Below are positions 47,824 through 55,653 of a DNA stretch of 64,000 bases, in pieces. Under the pieces are notes generated by a model. The model was not told where the DNA came from, did no database searches, and saw nothing but the letters and a program-made list of their open reading frames with translations. Where the stretch lies: the IMG/VR virus record IMGVR_UViG_3300032268_000986, positions 124,001 through 188,000 of that record, one strand, 5' to 3'. Numbering within the stretch: position 1 is the first letter of the stretch; the number at the start of each line of letters is the position of its first letter. The position numbers and the translations under genes were made by a program.

Positions 47824-47943
47824 TTATTGATCTTTTCGAAATGCAGCAATCACACGTGCCTGTATGCGCTTGGCAAATTCGGGTTGAGGAAAATTCCATC
47901 CAATAAATGCGCCCAATACCAACCAAAATAGTGTTTCCAACAT
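47824..47943 (-). CDS. 39-aa single-TM protein (not in ORF track)
   Basis: MLETLFWLVLGAFIGWNFPQPEFAKRIQARVIAAFRKDQ directly after the endolysin. Confidence 0.6.
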   Translation of the reverse strand: MLETLFWLVLGAFIGWNFPQPEFAKRIQARVIAAFRKDQ

Positions 47944-47946
47944 GAT

Positions 47947-48567
47947 TTATACTCCCAGTACGTGTAATGCGTGTTCGGTGTGCTTGACACGATCTTCTAG
48001 ACCAATGTATCCACCGTTGATGGCTCGTGTGAGGCCACGCACATCATTGGCGTCGGCAAAACGATTCAGGTTGTTTTGTTCCCAGTACCAACAGGCGCTT
48101 TGAGCAGCACCTTCAAATGTGTGCAGATATTCACTGGCTTCTTCTGTGGAGATTTCCAAGCTGCCGGCAAAGAATGTGTAGTTGTCCCGGCCTGTGAGCT
48201 GTATCAAGCCACGACCACAGTAGCGATATCCATCGCCTGATGCTTCGTCACCATTGCCCATGCGGCTGGCGTAGACTCGGTTGGCAATCTTTTCTGGTTT
48301 GTTGGCATATTGTGCCGCCAGTTCAGCTGTGGGAAAATACCGGGGAAATGTCTTTTGCAGGCTGGCAGCACGATAGTTGAGATTCTCTTTGATAAACACA
48401 AAGTTGCCCGACTCGTGTGCGCACTGTGCTACAAAATGTGCCACACGCAAGGGTGTGTTGATGTCATAGTCAGGCAGCAGTTGACTCAGTGCGTCATACC
48501 AGTTGTTGATATAAGGGTTCTTGACCATCTGCTTCAGCTGCGGTAGTGTTAGAATACATTCACTCAT
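47947..48567 (-). CDS. Glycoside hydrolase family 19 endolysin
   Basis: AHFVAQCAHESG, ENLNY, ANRVYASRMGNG, YCGRGLIQLTGRDNY, SACWYW, TRAINGG. Confidence 0.93.
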   Translation of the reverse strand: MSECILTLPQLKQMVKNPYINNWYDALSQLLPDYDINTPLRVAHFVAQCAHESGNFVFIKENLNYRAASLQKTFPRYFPTAELAAQYANKPEKIANRVYASRMGNGDEASGDGYRYCGRGLIQLTGRDNYTFFAGSLEISTEEASEYLHTFEGAAQSACWYWEQNNLNRFADANDVRGLTRAINGGYIGLEDRVKHTEHALHVLGV

Positions 48568-48597
48568 GGTGGGCTCCTTGTTTGATTTATTTTGTTA

Positions 48598-49713
48598 TCA
48601 GCAGTTCCACTTGCGCAGTGCCAGAGCCTTGCGAGTGGGTTTACCATTGGGCTTTTTCATGGGGCCTTTGACGCCGCCCATTCTGGCACAAAATGATTTT
48701 CTGCGCTTGGCTGCTTTGGAACCTGGCTTGAGTTTTGAAGGCTTGGTGGTCACTGCCATTTGCAGTTTGCTACCGGGATTCTCTCTGCGATAGCTGGCCA
48801 CACCCTTGGCATTGAGTCCGCCCTTTTTGCTCTTGCCTTCTTTTCTGCGCCAGGCAGCAGTTTCATACAGCACGTTGTCTGGCAGGGCTTCAAACTGTTC
48901 CCATACTAGATCTTTACTCACACGATTTTTCACTGCCATTTCTTCGGCCAGTTGATCCATGGCTTCAAACATCTCATCCACTTCAGGATCCACTTCGTCC
49001 GACGCTTCTTCAGAGTACATGTAGTCCCACACTGCGACCAGCATGCTCTTGGCCACAGCAATCTTTTCCTGGCACCATTCAGGCAAGTTGTCGCCTGAGT
49101 CAATCAAGTCGTCGATACCTCGAACAGCACGATCCAGGGTTTCTAGATTGTTGTCGGCCATGCCGGCTTCGTCGTCATACTCGGGATTGTAGTTTTCTGG
49201 CATGGTTTGTTCACCAAAACGTTGACGATAGCTGTTGGGGTTCATTGACGATCTGGTCCCGACCACAGCATTGCCTTCGCCACTTAATAACAAATCATAC
49301 ATGAGTTTGATTACTTTTAAGGGGCTATTCATTCTTTCCAGGGCGTTTTTAAACCATTCAACTTTTTCTGGTTTCATTGGCTTGGAACTGGGCTTGCTGA
49401 TCAGCGCCAGGGCCTGAGCCTTTAGCGTGGACAAGTCTCTGATTTGTTCAAGACGTTTTAAATCCTCAATATCAAAGTTGTAATCGGCTTTGCCTTCCGC
49501 CACACCTTCTGACTTGTTGCCATAGTTGCCAGCGCCTTTTTTGCGGCACTGAACCAGGCGTCCTGATGCATAGGCTGACGGCCATACTTTTGCACTAGAC
49601 TTGACCTTGTAGTAACAGGCGTCTTTCTTTTCCATCATCAGCATTTCGCTGAACATGGGGCCACCACAGTGTGGGCATGACTGTTTGGATTCAACCAAGT
49701 CTTTGAATTTCAT
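48598..49713 (-). CDS. Modular putative internal head polyprotein (basic Cys-containing modules)
   Basis: MKFKDLVE start; DACYYKVK..WPSAYASG; SEGVAEG; DNLPEWCQEKI; C-terminal KKGGLNAKG..RRKSFCARM. Confidence 0.78.
   Translation of the reverse strand: MKFKDLVESKQSCPHCGGPMFSEMLMMEKKDACYYKVKSSAKVWPSAYASGRLVQCRKKGAGNYGNKSEGVAEGKADYNFDIEDLKRLEQIRDLSTLKAQALALISKPSSKPMKPEKVEWFKNALERMNSPLKVIKLMYDLLLSGEGNAVVGTRSSMNPNSYRQRFGEQTMPENYNPEYDDEAGMADNNLETLDRAVRGIDDLIDSGDNLPEWCQEKIAVAKSMLVAVWDYMYSEEASDEVDPEVDEMFEAMDQLAEEMAVKNRVSKDLVWEQFEALPDNVLYETAAWRRKEGKSKKGGLNAKGVASYRRENPGSKLQMAVTTKPSKLKPGSKAAKRRKSFCARMGGVKGPMKKPNGKPTRKALALRKWNC
49493..49508. repeat. GVAEG cassette-boundary 16-mer
   Basis: CCTTCCGCCACACCTT exact copy. 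Confidence 0.9.
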
Positions 49714-50273
49714 TTGCGTTTTCCTTTGGTACTTACATTTATGGCTGCGCCTGATCGATTGGCATTGGGATCTTCTCGGCGCTTTCTTGCGGCTGCACTG
49801 GCACGACCCTTTTTGCCCAGGGCATGTGCCTTGGCCTGTGGCAAACACTTGGGCTTGCCTTCTTTGCTACTGCCTCTGGCACAGTCTCCACGTATTTTGC
49901 CGTCGGGTCCAAAACGAACCCATTTTTGTTTGAACCAGTCACGTAGATTTTCTTCCAGCTCTTGTGTGGACATTTTCTTTTCATATCCCTGCACAGAGGT
50001 GGTCTTGTCGGGGTCAGGCGCACCTTGCAATTTGGCAGCTGGCAAAAACTTCCGTATACTCTGCAGGGTCAGCGGACCCATCACGCCATCCACATCCAGG
50101 TTGGCACGGTACTGTTGATTCAGCATCTGTTGTATTCTGCGAACTTGATCTGACGTCATGTCTTGTTCTTCACTCACAGGCACACAATTGGGTACCATTC
50201 GGGAACCTTTTTTCTTCATGCCTTGACGACGATATCCGGTCCAGCAGGCTTCCAATATTTCTCTATATCTCAT
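49710..50273 (-). CDS. Modular putative internal head protein with a peptidoglycan-binding-like module
   Basis: MRYREILE; ACWTGY..VPNCVP; IQQMLN..LDVDGVMGPLT (PG-binding pattern); LEE-NLRDWFKQKW..KPKCLP. Confidence 0.75.
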   Translation of the reverse strand: MRYREILEACWTGYRRQGMKKKGSRMVPNCVPVSEEQDMTSDQVRRIQQMLNQQYRANLDVDGVMGPLTLQSIRKFLPAAKLQGAPDPDKTTSVQGYEKKMSTQELEENLRDWFKQKWVRFGPDGKIRGDCARGSSKEGKPKCLPQAKAHALGKKGRASAAARKRREDPNANRSGAAINVSTKGKRK

Positions 50274-50302
50274 GGCTGCTGCCCTGTTGCCCGGTATTTC
50301 AT

Positions 50303-50911
50303 TTATTTCACACTTTCAAAAATCTTTTTCTGTTCACGATACCACTGCTGCCAGGCCTTTAGTTTTTCGGCGTTTTCGTGGCAGCTTCCGTAGTTGTCGA
50401 CAACGGTTTCGAGGAGGGTAGAGGCTTTAACATCGCTGGGGGTTCCATCAGTTGACTCGGGACCTCGGGCCACTTCATTACGACTGGCGCTGTCGTGCAG
50501 GCTGACAGTAGACCTAGGCAGAGTACACTGATTATCCAGCTGTGCGCCGGCAACTTCGCGAATGATTTCTTTGTTGATGTAAACATTTTCTTTGACCACC
50601 TTTATCTTTTCAACCACACGGGTTTGTACGACTGTGTTGACCTGCTGTGATTTTTCTTCAGCCGTCTTGACCCGGGCTTCTAGTTCACGCACACGTTCGC
50701 GCCAGGTCATTTCGGTGCTGTAGCCACCATAGAAATACGCTGCCACGATCACTGCCACGATGCCCACTAATTCAGCAGGCAGTCGATATTGCCGCATGAT
50801 GGGAATCCACTGCACCAGCTTGGAAGCTGTGTACAGCGCCAGACCCAGTGCAAACAACACATAGGTAACAAACAAGATTATGCTGTCAGGCAGCCAATGC
50901 AGTATCCACAT
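50303..50911 (-). CDS. Rz-like inner-membrane spanin
   Basis: N-terminal TMs, coiled coil, C.LP...V.LHD.A and NY..CHENAEKL segments; embedded lipoprotein gene. Confidence 0.7.
   Translation of the reverse strand: MWILHWLPDSIILFVTYVLFALGLALYTASKLVQWIPIMRQYRLPAELVGIVAVIVAAYFYGGYSTEMTWRERVRELEARVKTAEEKSQQVNTVVQTRVVEKIKVVKENVYINKEIIREVAGAQLDNQCTLPRSTVSLHDSASRNEVARGPESTDGTPSDVKASTLLETVVDNYGSCHENAEKLKAWQQWYREQKKIFESVK
50359..50586 (-). CDS. Rz1-like outer-membrane lipoprotein spanin embedded in the +1 frame
   Basis: Basic N-region, hydrophobic WIISVLCLGL, lipobox LSAC, Pro-rich mature part. Confidence 0.7.
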   Translation of the reverse strand: MFTSTKKSFAKLPAHSWIISVLCLGLLSACTTAPVVMKWPEVPSQLMEPPAMLKPLPSSKPLSTTTEAATKTPKN

Positions 50912-50938
50912 ACTGCTATTTAGTTGTCTATTATAGAA

Positions 50939-51736
50939 TTATTTCAGGCCCAGGCTTTTTCGTATGTTTGTGGCACTGATATTGTGAATACGATCATCAA
51001 ATGTTTCCTGTTCTATTTTGTACCCAACATCCCTGCCGTAGGTGATGTTGACAATGTTGGGCACCACTTGGATTTCGTACTGTCCCTGATACACCATGTC
51101 TAGATCTCTGCGTATATAATTCTTTACTTGATCAATGGCAAATGGGTTTGATCCCTGCCAACCCTGACAGTCCCTGATTTGTATCACAACTTGTCCGGTT
51201 TTGGCAATGGCACGTTCAAACAGGGCACGATGTCCCTCATGCCAGGGCTGCCAACGTCCCAGCATTTGCACAGTTTCCTTCTGCCAGTCAAACACGGGTC
51301 TGCGGCGGTTGTCCAGTACATGTGCGGCAATGAATTCTCCCCATTTTTCTGCATGTTGTTCAGTGATACGGAAATCATATACTTCGGGTGCAACAAACGC
51401 TCGATTTGTGTCCTCGTAGCGGCCACGGTCAATGGTGTCAACCCATACAGTCCAGTCGGCCTTGAAGTTGTTGCGCATTTCCACCAAGGGTGCAACAAAA
51501 TCACAGATGACATAATCCGCATCTGTCATTGCATCTGCTAGACTACGCATACGCAGACTTTGACGAATACGACCTGCTTCGCTGAAGTCCCAGTCATTGT
51601 GCTCTTTGCGCACATCGTCGGCATTGAGCCAACGCACACGTTTCTTTTCGGCCTGCAAGTGCTCAAGAATGTGCTGTGCTAGATATGTTTTGCCTGCACC
51701 GGGCAGGCCCATGATTAGTATTCGTTGTGGGGTCAT
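50939..51736 (-). CDS. APS kinase-like domain fused to a small HxGH nucleotidyltransferase domain
   Basis: GLPGAGKT, LNADDVR, DFS..GR..Q, DFVAP; GRWQPWHEGH. Confidence 0.8.
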   Translation of the reverse strand: MTPQRILIMGLPGAGKTYLAQHILEHLQAEKKRVRWLNADDVRKEHNDWDFSEAGRIRQSLRMRSLADAMTDADYVICDFVAPLVEMRNNFKADWTVWVDTIDRGRYEDTNRAFVAPEVYDFRITEQHAEKWGEFIAAHVLDNRRRPVFDWQKETVQMLGRWQPWHEGHRALFERAIAKTGQVVIQIRDCQGWQGSNPFAIDQVKNYIRRDLDMVYQGQYEIQVVPNIVNITYGRDVGYKIEQETFDDRIHNISATNIRKSLGLK

Positions 51737-51752
51737 TTACGTTTCCTTTGGG

Positions 51753-51977
51753 TTAATCTTTATCTGTGACTATGACAGCAGTTTGGTCAACCCAAACTAT
51801 TCTGCCCTCACAGGCAATGTTCCATTTGGTTACACCGTGCTCGTGTGTGCATTCAGTGTAGGTTTCTCCAATGATGCGAACATCTGTGGCCAAGTGTTCC
51901 ACACCATTTTCAAATATGCGCCACACCAAGTCACTGCCGTGGTGTTGTGTATTGAATCTAACGTGATACTTGTTCAT
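51753..51977 (-). CDS. Small hypothetical protein
   Basis: 74-aa ORF in the operon. Confidence 0.65.
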   Translation of the reverse strand: MNKYHVRFNTQHHGSDLVWRIFENGVEHLATDVRIIGETYTECTHEHGVTKWNIACEGRIVWVDQTAVIVTDKD

Positions 51978-52624
51978 CTGGGCAAGTGAGCCAAAAAATC
52001 ATTTGTTTTTTCAGTTCTGACTCCGGTAAGCTGTAGTGTGACTCGGGCATGGTGTCCTGCGTTGGCTGTTGAATGTGGAATGTTGGCCCAGTCAAACGTG
52101 GTCACAGATCCGGCCCGCCACTGATTCCAGTGATGGTTGCCGTATTCCCAGAACTGTCCCGGTTGCCAGGCCGTGAGCTGAACAAATATTCGCATCACAC
52201 GGGCAGGATCTTCGGGTAGCCATTTCTGCAGTTTGTCAATGTGCAGGTTCCACACTTCGCCGAGCCGTTGCACGTGAATGCGAGCCATGCAGTCTGCCAG
52301 TCCAAATTGATCCACAATCTGTTTCAATGAATCGGGAATTTGCCAATTCATGTGAGTAATGATCATTTGGGGATCAGCGCCCACCCGAGAGATATCATAT
52401 TCTTCGGCTGCCAGGTCCTCGGACGGAACATGCACACCCTTGCCTTTGTAGCCACGTGTGGCCCAGGTAGCAGGTTGTGAATTGGCAATTATCAAGTCCA
52501 AATCTGCCAGCCACGTGGGTTCAATGTGTCCCAGTTGAATCAGTACATCTTCGGCACGGTCCTCACGAGTGGGGTCAAAATGATAGTTTGATTTTTGTTT
52601 TGTGGTGTCCCAACTGCTGTTCAT
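51974..52624 (-). CDS. Cupin/2OG oxygenase-like protein
   Basis: NLHIDK (HxD), HSTAN.G..ARVTLQLTG. Confidence 0.55.
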   Translation of the reverse strand: MNSSWDTTKQKSNYHFDPTREDRAEDVLIQLGHIEPTWLADLDLIIANSQPATWATRGYKGKGVHVPSEDLAAEEYDISRVGADPQMIITHMNWQIPDSLKQIVDQFGLADCMARIHVQRLGEVWNLHIDKLQKWLPEDPARVMRIFVQLTAWQPGQFWEYGNHHWNQWRAGSVTTFDWANIPHSTANAGHHARVTLQLTGVRTEKTNDFLAHLPR

Positions 52625-53250
52625 ATCACTGTTACCTTGATGTCGTTGTTTGTGTAGTTTTGTCTATAATTGCTGTCGGGCCAGGCAATGTTCAATGCAT
52701 CACATAATTCCAAATTGGTAGATACTGGTTTTGATCCGCGATGTTTGTAATCCCACATGGCATCAGTGATGCCTGTGTTCTGTTGTTTAATTATGCCGGA
52801 CATGGTCTTTAAATCTTTATAGTATGTATCATACAATGGATAGGTGATGTCAAAATGTCCACACTTGACCCACCAGCCCAGACAAGCATCATCTGAGCGA
52901 TGTACCAACACAATAGGCGACTCAGGCCAGAGACTCTTTAGTGTGCCAATCTGTGTGGAAAAACAGTGACTTTTGATAATGCGAATACCCGAACCACAAA
53001 ATGGTCTATCAAATTCAGCCTCCAGCATTTCTTTTTTATATTGTGCTAGATTGTCAAATCCTGTGCCAAACTCCATGCCTGGATCCCAGTAAGCACCCAG
53101 ATGCATCAGGTCCATTCGGCCCGCAGCGTCATGGTAGTAGGTACGTGCATCAGAGTAGTCGGTTTGATCAATGCTGGGCGAATAATAAATGTTTTTTACC
53201 ACACTGCTCCATTTTGAGCCTGGGGCACCGGCCACAAAGATGTATTTCAT
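52621..53250 (-). CDS. Hypothetical protein, sulfotransferase-like
   Basis: IFVAGAPGSKWS, IIKSH, IVLVHR pattern of P-loop sulfotransferase folds. Confidence 0.45.
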   Translation of the reverse strand: MKYIFVAGAPGSKWSSVVKNIYYSPSIDQTDYSDARTYYHDAAGRMDLMHLGAYWDPGMEFGTGFDNLAQYKKEMLEAEFDRPFCGSGIRIIKSHCFSTQIGTLKSLWPESPIVLVHRSDDACLGWWVKCGHFDITYPLYDTYYKDLKTMSGIIKQQNTGITDAMWDYKHRGSKPVSTNLELCDALNIAWPDSNYRQNYTNNDIKVTVI

Positions 53251-54209
53251 TGGTTGGGATCAATTCTACGTGCAATGGGTTGCCAGGTCTGTTGCAGGCG
53301 AGCCATGCTGGCTCTAACACCAGCTGGACTGTGTTCTTCGGGTGTGATATACATCATGTTTTCACGAAATTTAGCACCGGCTTCTGCTGACCGTATTGCC
53401 GGCACAAACTGGTCACGATACCATGCTTGTATTTCAGCAGGTGTACCTGGTGGCAACACCATGTTCCAGCAGCCGTGTATGCTGAGTCCAGGGGCGGCTC
53501 GGCTCATTAAAGGAATGTGCTCAAGTCCTGGTAGAGTGCGTGTGTCAGCAATGCCGATAAACTTGAGAAGCCCGGCCTGCGCATGTGGATAGCCCACGGC
53601 CACTGGAGTCACACCAAATTCCACATGTCCGCCCATGACATCTGTCAAGGCCTGTGCCGGTCCTTTGTACATCACAGTTTGCAAGTTGTCGCTGCCAGGC
53701 GCACTGACTCGGTCCACAAGATATTCCACTGCCAGCTTGTGTCCGCCGCCACCAATGGCCACCATTAGTCGCTGTCGATTACGAATGGCAGCCACAAACT
53801 CTTCTGGAGTGTTGATTCGACTGCTGGGGTGTGCCCAGAATGCCAAGGGGCTGCGGGCAATGTTGGCAATGGGTTCTAGATCCATGGGATTATATTTTAT
53901 CATTTTTGGATACCATATCTCAGGTGTGACCCAGTTTGATTGGCAAGCAGGCACAGCAATGGTGTGCCCATCTCGAGGCTGTGTGACAAAGTGATTGATG
54001 GCAATGTTGCCATCAGCACCGGGACGATGTTCTGGCTTGAACACTGCACCAGTTTTCTTCTCCACAATGTCGGCCACGATGCGGAACGAGATTTCGTTGC
54101 CGGCGCCGGGTCCATTGGGGAATATCACAGTCACAGGTTTTGAGGGCTGCCATGCAAATGCTATGGCAGGCGCCAACAACAGCGCAGCAAATAATTTTTT
54201 GATCAACAT
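53247..54209 (-). CDS. TctC/Bug-family tripartite tricarboxylate transporter substrate-binding protein
   Basis: Signal peptide (AIAFA-W), PGAG.E, RPGADGNIA, DGHT, YKGPAQALTDVMGGHV, PPGTP. Confidence 0.9.
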   Translation of the reverse strand: MLIKKLFAALLLAPAIAFAWQPSKPVTVIFPNGPGAGNEISFRIVADIVEKKTGAVFKPEHRPGADGNIAINHFVTQPRDGHTIAVPACQSNWVTPEIWYPKMIKYNPMDLEPIANIARSPLAFWAHPSSRINTPEEFVAAIRNRQRLMVAIGGGGHKLAVEYLVDRVSAPGSDNLQTVMYKGPAQALTDVMGGHVEFGVTPVAVGYPHAQAGLLKFIGIADTRTLPGLEHIPLMSRAAPGLSIHGCWNMVLPPGTPAEIQAWYRDQFVPAIRSAEAGAKFRENMMYITPEEHSPAGVRASMARLQQTWQPIARRIDPNQ

Positions 54210-54218
54210 GTTTTTCCT

Positions 54219-54291
54219 TAAATAATAGTGTTGATTTCAACAAGAGCCACAAATTTTTTGTGGTACTGTTTAAAATTCTACTCTATTTATA
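54219..54291. promoter_or_regulatory. Face-to-face late-promoter motifs
   Basis: TAAATA on + (54219-54224) and TATAAATA on - (54291-54284), with a CCACAAA/TTTGTGG inverted repeat between them. Confidence 0.5.
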
Positions 54292-54300
54292 AAATTTTCT

Positions 54301-55020
54301 ATGAACACCAAAATTTTTAACCTTTTGCAAAAAAATTTGCACACAGCATTTGCTCTGCCCAAGTATGCCAACATTGTGATTGATGCCAACACTCGGGTGC
54401 AAGACCTGCCCTGGACTCCGGCTCGATACCGCAAGTTCAAGGATGCAGTGGATGCTGAATTGAGCCTGCCCTGTGACTACATGGGCACCTTGCGTGAGAT
54501 CACGCATGACCTAAGTGAGCGATATATTCATCGCTTCTTTGCTGAAATATGGAAACCTCGAACCAATGACTATGATTACACTGGCTGGCAACTGGCTGAA
54601 GAAATTAACCAACTCAATCCGCGATCGGTACTGGACGTGGGTTGTGGATACCATCCGTTCAAAGGGAGAATTAATAATCTCACTGGGATCGATCCTTACA
54701 ACAACTGTGCTGATTATATGGTTGACATCTTGGAATACGTGGGATCACATGACGTTGTCATCGCGTTGGGTTCAATAAACTTCAATGATCGCGAAGAAAT
54801 TGAAGCACGATTTGCTCGCTGCGTGAGTGTGCTGGATGTGGGCGGCCGGTTCTATCTACGTGCCAATCCTGGTATCACACATCGCACAGGACCTTATGTG
54901 GAAATATTCCCCTGGACGTTTGAAGTGGTCAAAGAATTTGAATCACGATACAACCTGCGCTTGGACACCTTCAAAAAGGATGCCAACGACCGACTGTACT
55001 TTGTTTATACTCGACTGTGA
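54301..55020 (+). CDS. Class I SAM-dependent methyltransferase
   Basis: VLDVGCG, TGIDPY, VLDVGGRF. Confidence 0.8.
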   Translation: MNTKIFNLLQKNLHTAFALPKYANIVIDANTRVQDLPWTPARYRKFKDAVDAELSLPCDYMGTLREITHDLSERYIHRFFAEIWKPRTNDYDYTGWQLAEEINQLNPRSVLDVGCGYHPFKGRINNLTGIDPYNNCADYMVDILEYVGSHDVVIALGSINFNDREEIEARFARCVSVLDVGGRFYLRANPGITHRTGPYVEIFPWTFEVVKEFESRYNLRLDTFKKDANDRLYFVYTRL

Positions 55021-55653
55021 TCAGCGCCCGGCCACTGCCAAGGCAGCACCGTTGTTGAAACTCTGACTGTGCGACTGCGCCTGACGCAGACCCTTGCGCT
55101 TTGACCACTCATATCCAGCACGATGGCCCGAGCAGTCCTTGGTACAGGGCGAGCCTAGGAACGACAGCTCTTGCAAGTGTTCGGCTGACTCGCCCAGTTC
55201 AATTTCCGGGGTCACGCTCTGAAACGTGCGATCCATCACAGCAGTCTTGAACTGAAACTCTGAGGTTTGTTCGTTGTTGCGGCGTAGGCCAATGCTGAGT
55301 CCAGTATCGGGATCACGCACCCAGACCTTGCTGGCAGCTGGCATGCGCATGAGCTGATCCTGGATGCTGGGCAGTCGGCGCAGAGCTTGATCCACAATGC
55401 CAGGATCTATTTCACGAAAATACACCTGTTCAATGGCATGGCTGTCTACGTCAATGGTCAAGTCGCCAATGTGTAAGTGTCCTTGTGATGTTTCTGCTAT
55501 GTGTGATTTTGATTCACCGCCTCCATCACCGCCACCTTCGCCAGAATCTTCACTGCCGTAGTAGGCATACCCTGGGAAAAAATATCCACCATAACGACTG
55601 GATTTTTTCCCACGACGTTTTTTGCGCTCGGTGACAAACTCTTGGGCTCTCAT
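55021..55653 (-). CDS. Modular putative internal head protein
   Basis: MRAQEFVTE start; basic/Gly-rich segment; IAE and LQE sites; C-terminal PCTKDCSGHRAGY. Confidence 0.75.
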   Translation of the reverse strand: MRAQEFVTERKKRRGKKSSRYGGYFFPGYAYYGSEDSGEGGGDGGGESKSHIAETSQGHLHIGDLTIDVDSHAIEQVYFREIDPGIVDQALRRLPSIQDQLMRMPAASKVWVRDPDTGLSIGLRRNNEQTSEFQFKTAVMDRTFQSVTPEIELGESAEHLQELSFLGSPCTKDCSGHRAGYEWSKRKGLRQAQSHSQSFNNGAALAVAGR

